DNA from: the human T2T-CHM13v2.0 reference genome, Homo sapiens
Assembly: GCF_009914755.1 (NCBI RefSeq)
Contig: NC_060941.1
Strand: one strand, 5' to 3'
DNA length: 64,000 nucleotides
Below are positions 1 through 22,962 of the stretch, in pieces. Within the stretch, counting starts at the first letter, position 1, and every line of letters begins with the position of its first letter. A program made the position numbers and the translations under genes. The notes under the pieces are model-generated. The model was not told the DNA's origin and made no database searches. It saw nothing but the letters and a program-made list of their open reading frames with translations.

Positions 1-19
1 TTTGTTTATACTTTTATAG

Positions 20-116
20 GTTGCTGCTAAAACCTTGCCTTTTTATAAGGACTACTTCAATGTTCCTTATCCTCTACCTAAAATTGATCTCATTGCTATT
101 GCAGACTTTGCAGCTG
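20..116 (+). CDS. NPEPPS: NPEPPS-like exon (VAAKTLPFYKDYFNVPYPLPKIDLIAIADFAA-G)
   Basis: AG 18-19, GT 117-118; 97 nt, phase 0 to 1. Confidence 0.85.
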
Positions 117-185
117 GTAAAGTAAATTTCATTTTATTGCTGAATTGTAATAACTTTTTAAAATTTTGTGACTTTTGATGCAAGA

Positions 186-186
<1 letters not shown>

Positions 187-223
<37 letters not shown>
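187..223. repeat. (TA)n microsatellite
   Basis: About 18 perfect TA units in the short NPEPPS intron. Confidence 0.95.
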
Positions 224-226
<3 letters not shown>

Positions 227-254
227 AATAAATGTTTATATTTATTTTGTGAAG

Positions 255-288
255 GTGCCATGGAGAACTGGGACCTTGTTACTTATAG
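255..288 (+). CDS. NPEPPS: NPEPPS-like exon with GAMEN exopeptidase motif (GAMENWDLVTYR)
   Basis: AG 253-254, GT 289-290; 34 nt, phase 1 to 2. Confidence 0.85.
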
Positions 289-1140
289 GTATGTTAATGA
301 TGTATTACCCTGCCTTATCTTTTCAAATCACTGATTTCAAAAGGGCTTCCCTCCTAATCACAGTTGAGTAGCTTCTGCTTTACGATATGGTGTAAATTTT
401 TCTACCTTCCCCCACTTCCATGCACATTTCAAGAATGCAGATGGACACCTCTCCCTTTGGTGCTACTGTCTGAGGGTGTAAGATTTTAAAGTGAGCATCT
501 GGCGGTAGTAGCATTTTTAGATATATTCTTGGCTAAGTTTCTCATTGCAGTGCCTTTCTTTCCTGCCAGTAGTTTCACAGCTATTTATCCAGCTTGGAGA
601 ACCTTCCCTAATTTCATATCTTCTAGCCAAGTTTTTACATGTCTGTCACCACAACATAAACATGTGAGTTGAATAACTTTTAAAAGCAGAGTCTGTCTGT
701 AAACAAGTTTTTGCCTTCTACTTTCAATTGCCTTCTTAGATGAGCTAAGTGTTGAACGGCCGGCTCAGTGCTGTTTTTGGGACTATGGAATGCATCTTCC
801 TCCACCACTCCCCTCATTTAATGAAAGGACTTTCTTCTCTCTCCATCTAGCACAGTAATCGCTAATCCCTTAGACAATGTTTTCCCAAAATTTCAGGCAG
901 CTATTCTATCAACAAACTGATAATTAAACTTGTGTCACATCTTTGATATTCTGTTGTATTAATTCTGTTGGGGTAGTCTTTAATCTTCGTGAAACTTTTT
1001 CTTTCCATATTAGGAAATATTTTCCTAATATCTCTAAAGCCTAACTTGTCCATCTGACTTACTGTCTGAATCTTCCCAACTTATGCATGCCCACTTTTAT
1101 TGTTTAAATTTGTTTCTTTTTTTTTTTTTTTTAAACATAG

Positions 1141-1255
1141 GGAGACTGCATTGCTTATTGATCCAAAAAATTCCTGTTCTTCATCCCGCCAGTGGGTTGC
1201 TCTGGTTGTGGGACATGAACTTGCCCATCAATGGTTTGGAAATCTTGTTACTATG
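1141..1255 (+). CDS. NPEPPS: NPEPPS-like exon with HEXXH zinc motif ([38 protein letters not shown])
   Basis: Poly-T tract then AG 1139-1140, GT 1256-1257; 115 nt. Confidence 0.88.
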
Positions 1256-2190
1256 GTATTTAATATTTTTAAGTGCTCAAATATATTTATCTTCATCCTA
1301 CTCCACATTATTTTGGCTACATAGTATTTCAAGTTTGGCTGCAACACTGTGCCAAAAAATAATTGAGTGATAGAAAAGTATTATTTTAAAAGGTCCACTT
1401 TGAAAGGGCTTATCAGAATCTCTGCATTGAACAAGGGCATATGGACAGTCTTTATTCAACAGACACTTCCTAAACTGTTCTAAAATTTGTCTGCAAATGG
1501 GAAAAGTCAAGATACTAATTTGGGTGAGAGGAAAAGATTCCTCTTAGGTGTAGATGAATGAATCATGCAGTGAGATTCCAGGCTAACTGTAGTTTCTTGA
1601 ATCTTATTTGTTAATCTGACTCACAGCTGAAAAGTAACCTGATGAATAACAGACTGATCTTTAATTAGAGAGAAATGTTTTTAGGAGTCAGTTTTTTCAT
1701 TGCCTAAAATGTTAAGTTGAAATTTAATGAAATAAAAGTAAACAAACTGCAGAGTGACTGCAGAATAAAGCTGTATTAAAATTCCAGCTGTTCTGTTGAA
1801 ATCCTTATAATGTTTGCAGTAATGATCTCTGTCCTTCAGTCCTGATTTTTCACTCTTACTCTAAGTAAATACTATTTATGAATGCCAACTGTGTTAGAGC
1901 TTGGGAGCACAGGATTTAATAAGTGAACTAGATGTACCTCTGCAATTAAATAACTGGATATTCTGGAGCCAGCTAGATTCCCTGACATTTTAGGCTGCCA
2001 AAGAGCAGAACCTGATTTGAATGTAGATTGAGTCCATACGTTATATAAATAAGAATGTAAGACATTTATCAACTGTTACGTGTCTCAGAGAGTTTCTACA
2101 GAAAGTCAACCCTTGAAAATAAATCTTTTCCTTTTATTTTGGATGTTTAAAATTTTACAGGTGAAAAAAATTCTTTGAAATATAATTTCA

Positions 2191-2494
<304 letters not shown>

Positions 2495-2845
2495 GAAATA
2501 TAATTTCATGTGGAACTATGTGTTGGTGCCTGTATTCAAATATGTGAAGAAATGGCCTTTTCTTCTAATGCAGCGAGTTTGCTACTTTGTACCAAATAAT
2601 TTTTTTGCTTGGCTTTGAGATAACTTTATGATTTTATTTTGAAACTACAAGCAATAAATTTTAGTAGGGGAAATGTGTACATTCTTATTAAACAACTTTT
2701 TACTGGTTTTATGTAACTATTCTAGTTATTAGAACTGAAATTCCAAGGGCTTAGGGATAGGTTGGAAAATAAGTTTCATTTTATGCTAGTTTATTTTAGG
2801 AAGCTACTAGGCAAATAGCCACTTATCACTTAATATCAAAATAAT

Positions 2846-3484
2846 TTTTTTTTTAAGACAGAGTCTCACTCTGTCAGTTAAACTGGAGTGCAATGGCACA
2901 ATCATGGTTCATTACAGTCTTGACCTCTGGGCTCAAGCAATCCTCCTGTCTCTGCCTCCTGAGTAGCTGCAATTACAGGTGTGTGGCACCATGCCCAGCT
3001 TATTTTTGCACTTTTTGTAGAGACAAGGTTTCACTGTATTGCCTTTTGTAGAGACAGGGTTTCACTTTGTTGCCTAAACTGGTCTCAAACTCCTGGGCTC
3101 AAGCAATCCTCCCACCTCAGCCTCCCAAAGTGCTGGGATTACAGGCATGAGCTACCACACCTGGCCTTTTCTGGGGGGACTGGTTGGGGATGGAGAATAG
3201 GATCTCACTTTGTTACCCAAGCCGGAGTGCAGTGGCACAATCATGGGTCAGTGCAGCTTCATCTTCCTGGGCTTATGTAATCCTCTTGCCTCAGCCTCCC
3301 AAGTAGCTGGGACCACAGGTGTGTGTCACCATGACCAGCTAATTTTTTTTTACTTTTTAATTTTTTTAGAGATGGAGTCTCACTGTGTTACCCAGGCTTA
3401 TCTCAAACTCCTGGGCTCAAGTGATCTTCCTGCCTTGACCTCCCAGAGTATTGGCATTACAGGAGCAAGCCATTGTGCCTGGCC
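2846..3484 (-). mobile_element. Two tandem AluJ-like elements
   Basis: Reverse Alu consensus (cctcccaaagtgctgggattacagg; gggctcaag); boundaries approximate. Confidence 0.85.
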
Positions 3485-3971
3485 TGCTTTCTTTCACTAA
3501 TAGGCTTAATCAACTTTAATAAAATTTAGATTAAGATCTTTAAAATTTTTTAAAAACTGATTTTATCTGTCACTCATATTCTTTGTCCATTCCATTTACT
3601 ATGCATTCTTATTTAACAGGTGATAATTTTATATTCCATAAGTGCTTAAACACCATTCATTACTGAACTACATTTTTGTTTAATTTCACATAATTTTTAT
3701 ATAAGCAGTACTCTTTCTCAGTTTCTCTTGAACATTCAACTCATTAGTGAGTGGTTTTCCCCAGTCATTTCCATTTTTCTTTATTTGGCTCTGATAGTTT
3801 TCTGTTTTTGTTTTTCAGAGATAATCCTTTACTATACTAAATTCTACGTGATTATATTTTCCACCTCTATTTGCCTATATTTATCTGCTGTCTTTTCCTT
3901 TTCCATATATGGGCTTATTTTTTTTTTCCCTCTTCTTCCTTTTCTACCTTTGGTATTTAAAAAGTTACTTA

Positions 3972-4434
<463 letters not shown>

Positions 4435-4654
4435 TCAGATATAATTCTAATATCACCAGTTGGCCTTTCTTGACATCTCTTTTAGTCTTCTCTCTTTTTC
4501 AGAAATGTGAGTTCTTTGCGAAATGTTTTGAACTGAATTTTAGGTCATTAAATTGTGAGTTTTGGAATATAGTGGAAGGGACATGTGAGTGTTTTAGATT
4601 AGTAGAATGACAATCATTTCAATTTCTTTAAGTATTTTCATCTTCTGTTTTTAG

Positions 4655-4819
4655 GAATGGTGGACTCATCTTTGGTTAAATGAAGGTTTTGCATCCTGGA
4701 TTGAATATCTGTGTGTAGACCACTGCTTCCCAGAGTATGATATTTGGACTCAGTTTGTTTCTGCTGATTACACCCGTGCCCAGGAGCTTGACGCCTTAGA
4801 TAACAGCCATCCTATTGAA
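4655..4819 (+). CDS. NPEPPS: NPEPPS-like exon with third zinc ligand (EWWTHLWLNEGFASWIEYLCVDHCFPEYDIWTQFVSADYTRAQELDALDNSHPIE)
   Basis: AG 4653-4654, GT 4820-4821; 165 nt, open frame. Confidence 0.88.
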
Positions 4820-5028
4820 GTGAGCCATACTTTCTAACCATTAGCCTATGACTGCTCTCATTTACAATGAAATATGTAATTTGTTACATAGATACTTTGG
4901 ACTTTGAAAAGAAGAGAAAATAGCATGGGTGATTTTACTGGTTCATATTTCTAGTCTTGAAAAGCTAGTAAGTCTAAGTTCTAATTAAACATTTCTTTTA
5001 AAGGTAGGCAGTAAAAAAAAATTGGTCT

Positions 5029-5403
<375 letters not shown>

Positions 5404-5893
5404 TTATTGTCAGGGTCTGTTTTGTGAATACTTTAATTCTCTTGACTTAGCCTATCCCTACTTCAGTTTATATATATAAATTTTGTATCTAAAGAACTAG
5501 AGTTATAATCCTACTTCAACATATTTAATTAGGCTCCCATATAATTGTAATTCATTACAATTAGTGCAAGAAATCTAATGTTCTTCACCTCCATGTCTTC
5601 CTCATCACTCCTCTGCAACTACCCCAAAAATAAACAGAACCATAGTGGCTTCTTTCCCAGCAGAACAAAGCCAGGACTGGAACCCAAGCTCTAAGGGATG
5701 ACAGGAATCATGTTCTATTCAACTTTATTATTATTAGTTACTACATTTTTTTGAGGACCATCGTTATACATTATGAGTGAGTTAAAGGCAGAAAAATGTA
5801 AGTTAGAAGGGTTTTCCTAGAAAGCGTTTTATGTAATTCAGTATTACAGGCTATCTGCTTCCTGTCATAACCCTGAATCACACTGTCTGCCAG

Positions 5894-5998
5894 GTCAGTG
5901 TGGGCCATCCATCTGAGGTTGATGAGATATTTGATGCTATATCATATAGCAAAGGTGCATCTGTCATCCGAATGCTGCATGACTACATTGGGGATAAG
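5894..5998 (+). CDS. NPEPPS: NPEPPS-like exon with catalytic Tyr (VSVGHPSEVDEIFDAISYSKGASVIRMLHDYIGDK)
   Basis: AG 5892-5893, GT 5999-6000; 105 nt. Confidence 0.88.
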
Positions 5999-6425
5999 GT
6001 AAAAAAAAAAAAACTTTAAGTATTTCATTCTTTCATGGTGAAATCATAAGAGTTTTGCATGAAAAAAAGTCTCACTTTATTTGGATTAAGTTCCCAAATA
6101 GTTTCTGGCTTGTCATTTTTTTTAATGACCAAAAAGAATGAGAATTCAATTATTTGAAGTTGACTACTGTGGTCTCTTAGATGAGTGATGTGCAGGTGTG
6201 TTTGGGAGTGGAAATGGGAGGCTGTTATAAAACTTAAGAGCAAGAATAGAAGGCATAGAGTACGCATTATTAAATAAAAGGCAGTAGGCATCAGAAGGAT
6301 ATATGTGTTTCAGTGTATCTGATACTTGAGTATTTGAGTAAATTTGTTTTTGATTACTAATATACAAATATACTATAAATTCTGAGATCTGACTTCCCTG
6401 GATTTTAAAAATTGTGTTTTCTCAG

Positions 6426-6497
6426 GACTTTAAGAAAGGAATGAACATGTATTTAACCAAGTTCCAACAAAAGAATGCTGCCGCAGGTAATCTTTAA
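6426..6497 (+). CDS. NPEPPS: Last NPEPPS-like exon (DFKKGMNMYLTKFQQKNAAA); donor after 6486, or read-through GNL-stop at 6495-6497
   Basis: AG 6424-6425, GT 6487-6488; unspliced frame reaches TAA 6495-6497; overlapping AATAAA at 6597-6606. Confidence 0.8.
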   Translation, partial: DFKKGMNMYLTKFQQKNAAAGNL

Positions 6498-6629
6498 TAG
6501 CTTGAGATAGAAATGGAGAGAAAGTATTGTCACTCTATCCAGGCTGGGACATTTTATTTTTGTTCTGAATACTTAACTCAAGGTCAGGATCCATGTAATA
6601 AATAAATTAGCCTTATTTGAAGCTGTGTT

Positions 6630-7110
6630 CAGGTTGAATATCTCTAATCTGAAATTTGAAATGCTCCAGAATCTGAAACTTTTTCTTTTCTTTCTTTCTT
6701 TTTTTTTAATTAAAGTTCTAGGGTGCATGTGCACAATGTGCAGGTTTGTTACATCAGTATACATGTGCCATGTTGGTTTGCTGCACCCATTAACTCGTCA
6801 TTTACATTAGGTATTTCTCCTAATGCTATCCCTCCCCCAGCCCCCTACCCCATGACAGGCCCTGGTGTCTGATGTTCCCCGCCCTGTGTTCAAGTGTTCT
6901 CATTGTTCAATTCCCACCCAAAATCTGAAACTTTTTGAGTGCCAACGTGATGCTCAAAGGAAATGCTCATTGGAACATTTTAGATTTTGGATATTGCAAT
7001 TATAGATGCTCAGCTAGTAAGTATAATGCAAATATTCCAAAATCCAAAAGAAATATGAAATTCAAAACATTTCTGGTCCCAAGCATTTTGGATAAGGGAC
7101 ACTCAACCTG
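6630..7110. mobile_element. Tigger4/MER46-like DNA transposon interrupted by an L1PA 3' fragment
   Basis: Terminal inverted repeats caggttga...tcaacctg with recognisable internal sequence. Confidence 0.65.
6686..6918 (-). mobile_element. L1PA 3' end, 5'-truncated
   Basis: Reverse L1 3'UTR (catgtgcacaatgtgcaggtttgttaca...ttcaattcccacc); TSD AATCTGAAACTTTTT on both sides. Confidence 0.88.
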
Positions 7111-7214
7111 CAGTAAGTCATAGGGTCAACATGAATCAGGACTCATTATCCCTTTGGTCATCCTCCAGCATTCTGCTTTCCATAACTGAATATTTTGCCA
7201 ACTTAAAGAGTCTG

Positions 7215-7512
7215 GGCCAGGTGTGGTGGCTCACGCCTGTAATCCTAGCACTTTGGGAGGCCAGGATGTGAGGACTGATTGAGCCCAGGAGTTCAAGACC
7301 AGCTTGCAACATAGCGAGACCCCACCTCTACAAAAAATACAAAAATATTAGCCGGGTGTGGTGGTATGTGCCTGTAGTCCCAGCTACTCAGGAGGCTGAA
7401 GTGGGAAGGGTCACTTGAGCCCAGGAGTTTGAGGTTACAGTGAGCAATCGTGGCACCACTGCACTCCAGCCTGGGCAACAGAACAAGATCCTGTCTCTGA
7501 AAAAATAAAAAA
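7215..7512 (+). mobile_element. AluJ-like element
   Basis: Alu consensus with ttgagcccaggag. Confidence 0.85.
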
Positions 7513-7523
7513 TCAAGGGAATA

Positions 7524-7800
7524 GTCATGTGTTGCTTAACAACAGGGATATGTTCTGAGAAATATGTTGTCAGGCAATTTCATCAATATGTGAACATCAT
7601 AGAATGTACTTACAGAAACCTACACAGTATGTCCTAGGCTATATACACCTAGCCTACATGGTATATACCCTGTTGCTCCTAGGCTACAAAATACCTGTAC
7701 AGCATGTTACTGTACTGAATACCATAGGCAATTATAACACAATAGTATTTGTATACCTGAACATTTCTCAATATAGAAAAGTTACAGTAAAAATATGATA
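7524..7800. mobile_element. Tigger3-like DNA transposon fragment
   Basis: agtcatgtgttgcttaacaacagggatatgttctgagaaat resembles a Tigger3 end. Confidence 0.55.
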
Positions 7801-7814
7801 TTAAAGATGCTCCA

Positions 7815-8007
7815 TCAGCTGGCTGATATGCCTATAATCCGAGCACTTTGGGAGGCTGGGGCAGGTGGACTGCTTGAGTCCAGGAGTTTGATACCAGCCT
7901 GGGCACCATGCCAATACCTCGTCTCTATAAAAAGTACAAAAATTAGCTGGGTGTGGTGGCATGTGCCTGTAGTCCCAGCTACTTGGGAGGCTGAGGTAGG
8001 AGGATCA
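7815..8007 (+). mobile_element. Alu truncated in its right arm
   Basis: Consensus stops abruptly at ggaggatca, no A-tail. Confidence 0.8.
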
Positions 8008-8009
8008 TA

Positions 8010-8201
8010 GTTTCAAAGTGTGGCACTTACTGGTTCTCCACTCACTCCCTCCTGCCGTCTTGTGAAGAAGGTGCCTGCTTCCCCTTCCCCTTCTGCCATG
8101 ATTGTAAGTTTCCGGAACTGCAAGTCAATTAAGCCTGTTTCCTTTATAAATTACCCAATCTCAGGTATTTCTTTACATCAGTGTGAAAACAAATGAATAC
8201 A
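8010..8201 (+). mobile_element. MaLR LTR (MST/THE1-like) 3' part
   Basis: tgtgaagaaggtgcctgcttcccctt...gccatgattgtaagtttcc...ctttataaattaccca..ctcaggtatttcttt. Confidence 0.75.
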
Positions 8202-8651
8202 GTCCCCTTCCCTGAGGTGCCTTCTCCTTAGGCAACCAGCTGCCCCCATGCTCCTCTTCTGCCCCCCTGGTATTTCCTTTCCCCTCATGAGGCCCAAGTG
8301 ATCCACATGGCCAGCCACAGCCCCATCCTACTGCAGGCCTGTGTGGCTGCTAGAGAGGCCAGGCTCCTTTCCGCACCCCGAGGCTGCCCGATATGCTTTC
8401 TGCATCCTGTAGAAAACTGACCCACTATTCTCATACTGGTGCAACTTCTTCCATTACCTCAAAACTGGACAACGTGAACTTGTTTCTTGTCTCTTCTTGC
8501 TAGGGCTGTCACTGGGACAGTCCGAGATGGGGGGGTGGGGGGAGACAATGGATGAATGGATGGATGAATGGACAGTAGTCCAGGGAGATGTCCCTGTGTG
8601 TCCTGAACTGGGACCTTCCTCCAATGAGAAGCCTTCCTGAGTGAGTTTATA

Positions 8652-8990
8652 CAGTCATCCCTTGGTATCCATGGATTAGTTCTAGGGTCCCCGGGGATGC
8701 CAAAATCCATGGATCCTCAAGTCTCTGACATAACATGGCCTAGTATTTACATATCAGCTATGCACATCCTCCCGTAGACATTAGACCATCTCTGGATTAT
8801 TCATGATGTGTAATACAATGCAGATGCTACATAAATGGTCGTGATACTGGATTCTTTAGGGAATAATGACAAGAACAAACTCTGCACATGTTCAATAGAA
8901 ACATAACCGTCCAATTTATTTTCTGAATATTTTCCATCTGCTGTTGCTGAATCTACAGATGCAGAGCTCCTGGATACGAGAGCCAAGTGT
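8652..8990. mobile_element. MER2-like (TcMar-Tigger) element
   Basis: cagtcatcccttggtatccatgg...gatgccaaaatccatggat...ggatacgagagcc. Confidence 0.65.
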
Positions 8991-9779
8991 GCTTTGAGAG
9001 TAGGGTGGGTGAGGTTGCTAATGAGTACAGGGGAGCAGGTGTTGATCAGGAGGACCCTGCACTGGGGCATCTGGACGTCCTGCCTCAGGACTTGAGACTC
9101 CAGTTGGATGGCACAGGCAGACTCAGCCCAGGTCAAAGCCGTCCCCTTGAAGTTTCTTTTTATCCCAAGCTCTTTCTGGACCCTGGAATTTGGCATCCCC
9201 TAGGCCCTGTGTGGAAGGACAGATGAACCAGGTTTTAGATAACATGTCTAGAAGAGTGAGCCCCTACTGTGTGCCCGGCACTTTCCCCACAGGATCCTCT
9301 AGCTAGAATATCCAAGGGTCATGGAGAGAAATACCCAGTTAAAATATCAGAAATGAAAAAGCGATACCATTAGAGACACTAAAAAGACCATTAGGTAATA
9401 GTACTAGCTTTTGTATTCTGAGATCCAACAGCAGCAGTCACTTCCCTCCACCGCTATGTGTATCCCAGGACCACCCTGGGCGGGGAGGGCTGAGGTTAGG
9501 GAGCAGCCATGGATGCTCTGATGCTGGCCCTGGGCCTCGGGGGTGACAGTGATGAGGAACTGGGTGCACACATGAGTGGGGCAGCCGGGCCTGGCCAGAG
9601 AAGCAGCACACACGTGCACAGATGTGTTTACCCACATACACATGTGCACGCACGTGCACAAACACATTGCAGGCAGGCATGTTGACGCCTCAGGCAGCGG
9701 AGGACCCTGACTCTGGGCACTGCTGACCCGGGCAAGGCCCCACTGTGATTCGTGCCATGACCTCAGAATGTCACTGGTG

Positions 9780-9921
9780 CTTAGCACCTATCTGCTCTCT
9801 GGTCTGCCTCAGTGGTCTACAGCAGTTACACACAGGCAGTGGTATCTGTGAGCAGCTCTGTGGACTCAAAGGTTTTCTCCCTGAGAGGCATGACCCAGGC
9901 CAGCTGATTCATCAGAATCAG
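9780..9921 (+). other. TBC1D3G: TBC1D3 5' non-coding exon (start approximate)
   Basis: Strong donor CAG|GTGAGC at 9921/9922; splicing to 11350 gives AATCAG-G-ATG, matching my recollection of TBC1D3 mRNA leaders; the TSS cannot be seen. Confidence 0.6.
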
Positions 9922-10317
9922 GTGAGCGTGACCTGCTCTCTTCCCTCCAGGCGGACTTGGGGGCAGTGGCTACGGTGCGGGCGGTGTTGGCCTCTGTGGG
10001 GCAGCTACCGAGGAGGGTCATCCCTGAGCACTCACCAGGCGCCCGTTCTACACTGCCCGTGTAGACGATTGGCTCTTTCGTCTCCATGGTGGCTTCGTAG
10101 AGTGGGTGCTGTTCCCAAATGTCCCCATTCGACAGATGAGACGTCTGGGGTCAGAGAGGCAGTAACCGGCCTGGGAATCCGGACATGACCCTGAGTTTTG
10201 CTCTCAGCCCTGCCGTGTGCTGTGCTGGAATTCAGGCCTGAACCCTGTGACCTCCCTGCCCTAGATCCCAAATCTGCCCAGGTTTCCCATCCCGATGGGG
10301 CAGAGCCTGGTCCTGGC

Positions 10318-10355
10318 AGAGCCACTGGTATAGAGCCACTGGTACAGATCCACTG
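10318..10355. repeat. 14-bp tandem repeat (AGAGCCACTGGTA-Y), about 2.7 units
   Basis: Units start at 10318, 10332, 10346. Confidence 0.8.
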
Positions 10356-11350
10356 ACGGTCCTCAGAACACCTCTGTGCCCTAAGCTGGGTCCTGATGGT
10401 CGCTGTGGGCCCCACTGAACACACATGGTCCCTTGTCCGGGGGAGCCTGCTGCCCTTGGGCAGCTGTGGAAAATGAAGGAGCCCTGGAGGGCTGGCTGAG
10501 GGGAGACTATCTTCCCTTGTGTTCAAAGGGGTCCGGGCACTAGGGTTCTCCCCAGGTATTTCTTGCTCTGCGTGGTCCTCTTGAGGCCTCGCCCTCCTTT
10601 TGCCTCGAGTATTCCCAGGAGGGACGGTCCATCCAGCTGTTCTCCAGGACCAAGGACCCACTGTTCTTCCTCAGTGACCCAGGAAAATGAAGCCTCCTCC
10701 TGTTGGGACGGCTCAGAATGGTGGACTCCACAGTCCCTCCGCGAGAGACGTGGTTTCCATGCGTACAATAGATCTTCCTCATCCCCCAAACCCAACACCC
10801 TCCTGCTCAACAGGCGTTATTCCTAAAGTGGCTTCACTGTTCAGACTGAAGAGCCACGGTAGCCAAAGTGATGAGCGGAGTAGAACCGAGCAGTCGGGAG
10901 AGATCTTGTTCCCTGTAGGAAACTGGGCATCGCTGAGGCCCTGAGCATCCCAGGAGGCCGATTGCACAGAGACCTCTGGTCGCTGACCCCAGTCTGCCTC
11001 CACATCCCTGGAATAGCCCATCATGGGCCCTTCACCCTTGGCAGGTGGAAACCATTCAACCTGCTGGGGCCGGTGTGTCCCCATTTCATGGCATTGGGGG
11101 ACAACAGGATTCTCTGTCTAGGTCCCACTGTACTCAAGTCCTTGGGAAGATGCCCACCCCTGCTTGGGACTTGAGACTCCAGAGACTGGAGCAGCTGTGG
11201 GCCACTGGGTCTGGCCCCTTTTTCCCTGGGGGCGGCGGTGGAATGGGGGTTACGCAGCCAGCCAGCATCTGGGAGCCCGGCGAGAGCGGTTCAGGTGTTC
11301 TCCGAAGCCGCCGCGTACAGTGTGACCTTTAGACAATTCTGTCTCACAGG

Positions 11351-20404
<9,054 letters not shown>

Positions 20405-20695
20405 AAGCATCTGGGCCAGGGCTCATGGCTGGATAATTTCCCTAGGCTTAACAACCCAAGCAAGCTTCGCATCCTCGTTTTATTTTTGGTTAAACTTATG
20501 AAAATGTATTAAGAAAGAGTGCAGCTCGAGAGAGATTCAGAGATGGAACACACCAGACCCCAGATCACAAAGCCAACCATGCCCAGCCCCTCCCAGCACC
20601 CCCAGCCCCACGACCATCGTTCTGAATTCTGACGACACCGTGAGCCTGCCTTTGTACTTCAAACTCATGGAAGGATAACCACCTTCATGTTTTGA

Positions 20696-20701
20696 AATAA
20701 A
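20696..20701 (+). terminator. Polyadenylation signal AATAAA of the left TBC1D3
   Basis: AATAAA about 290 nt after the stop, followed by T-rich sequence. Confidence 0.8.
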
Positions 20702-20831
20702 TGTTTCCTGTTGAAATGCTTTTAGATTTTAGACAGAAATATTGAAAAGGCACTATAGTATCCTCCTATACCTTCCATCCAGCTGCCCCTAATAATGATG
20801 TTTTGCAGTCCCATGGCACATAAGAAATTTA

Positions 20832-21130
<299 letters not shown>

Positions 21131-22962
21131 TTTAAGAAATTTAATGTGGGTACAGTTCTATTAACTAAATAATAATGTGAACTATTATCTAAGGTTATGA
21201 AGGCTAGAATTATCCCATTTTTGCCTAACTTCTCGTACCTGTCCCAAGATCCCACCTTGGACTCACCCTCTGCCTTCAGCTCACGTCTCTTCAGCTTCCT
21301 CCACATGGTCCAGCAAACACACACCTGGGCTGAATGGTAGAGCTGATTGCTCATACACAAAGGTAGACCGGTGGGCAGGGATTTTCAGACTTACACAGTC
21401 AATGAGTTTTCCTTGGTGTTCTGGAGAGCACCGTTTGAGAAACACTTTGACAGTGAATCTAGGCCTCAAGATCCATCAGCTGCTCTAGCTTGAATTTTGC
21501 TCAAGCTCAGTGAACACCTGCTCTGCCGGGTGCACGTGAAAGGGGCAAGGATGAGAAAGCTGTAGATAAAGAAGACAGGACGCAGGGGGTCTGTCTAAGC
21601 TCTATCCCCTGCCTTCAGCACTGAGGGATGAAATCCAACTCTTAGGGAACGGTGGCCACGTGCTGGGCCAGCCCCAGGCTCTCAGGATCTGACAGTGGGT
21701 GACGCAGAGCCAGGCCTTGCCCCTGGGGAGCTCTCCAGCATACACCTCCCTCTCCCCTCCCAGCGTGCCGCAAAGCAGGCGTCAACGCCATTGTTAATGC
21801 ACGGAGGAGGAACCTGACTGTTAGACCTGGGTTTTCCAGGGTTGCACGGCTTCTGGGAGACGGATGTGACCCTGAGGACAGGGCACAGGCCAGTGTAATG
21901 CCAGGATGGAATGAGCTGTGATCTGTGCTGTATAGAGGCCTAGGCCAAGGTGGGACTGACGGATGACCAGGTCAGCCGGGTCACTGAAAACACTCTTGGG
22001 TCCTCACCTGCCGGTTCCCAGGAGTCCGGAACTGCCAGGAGAGTGGTGGCAGGTCCCCCATCCTCAGCTGGGTGGGCCTGGATAGAACAGCAAGGCGAGG
22101 GCACATTTCCCTGGCCATTCCCTCCAGGCACAGCTGTGACCTGTTCATTCCAAATTTGTGGAAGTATTTCCACACACACAGAACTGCAAATAGCAGTGGA
22201 CGTGGTGAGAGGCGTTTGCACATGGGATAGGCAGGATTTTGGAGGCAGAGCCTCCAGGGCTTGCCGATGGGTTAGCTGCAGGGCTTGAGAGGGAACGGAG
22301 AATCCAGGATGATGTGTTCAAATCGGTCCATTCACCTCTTCCGTTCCACGCCTGTGCTGGGCACTGGGAGAGACAGATGCACACAGGAGCCCCGGACGAG
22401 GGGAGGTGTGGGGGGAAGCCCAGAGTGTCTGGGCAGGGTAGGAAACCCAGAGCGTCTACTGGGAGCTGAAGGCTTAGGTCCACCTGGGTGCCGTCCAGGT
22501 TCTCTGCATGTAGAAGTATAGGCTGAGCTTCCTGGAGGAGGAGCAGCTGCTGTTGCTGGTGACCAGCACATTCAGGAACGGAGACTACTCTGTCAACAGA
22601 CAGGGGGATGACCTGAGGTCTGGATGGTCTAGGGGGTGGTAGGGCCCAGGAGGACCCAGGAAAGGGTCTCGGGGATGCAGAACATCCTATGGAGGGCATT
22701 TGGGAGTCAGTGCTCAGGTCACTCCGGGTCACGCAGGTCATTTGCCGGCCTCTGTCATAATTATTGCCATATGAGAGTGCCACCTTTCCTGTGACATAAT
22801 TTAGACATTCCTGTGAATGGCCTACCTGTTTATATTTACAACTTCATGTTTAAAGGAAATTTGTATCACTCTCATAAATGGAAAGCCAGCAAAACATAAA
22901 TTCAATGAAAACAAAATGAAGTCAATGAACTTTAGCTAGATACTATTCCCTGACCAAGGCCT

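Noticed and set aside
67-371. ORFs with YIYIYI repeats
   Set aside because: Translation of the (TA)n microsatellite.
22145-22783. 212-aa ORF (-) and its 195-aa mirror at 61480-62067 (+), plus weak exon-like segments 61623-61728 and 61861-62071
   Set aside because: Apparent conservation is due to the recent inverted duplication; no recognisable homology and weak donor sites.
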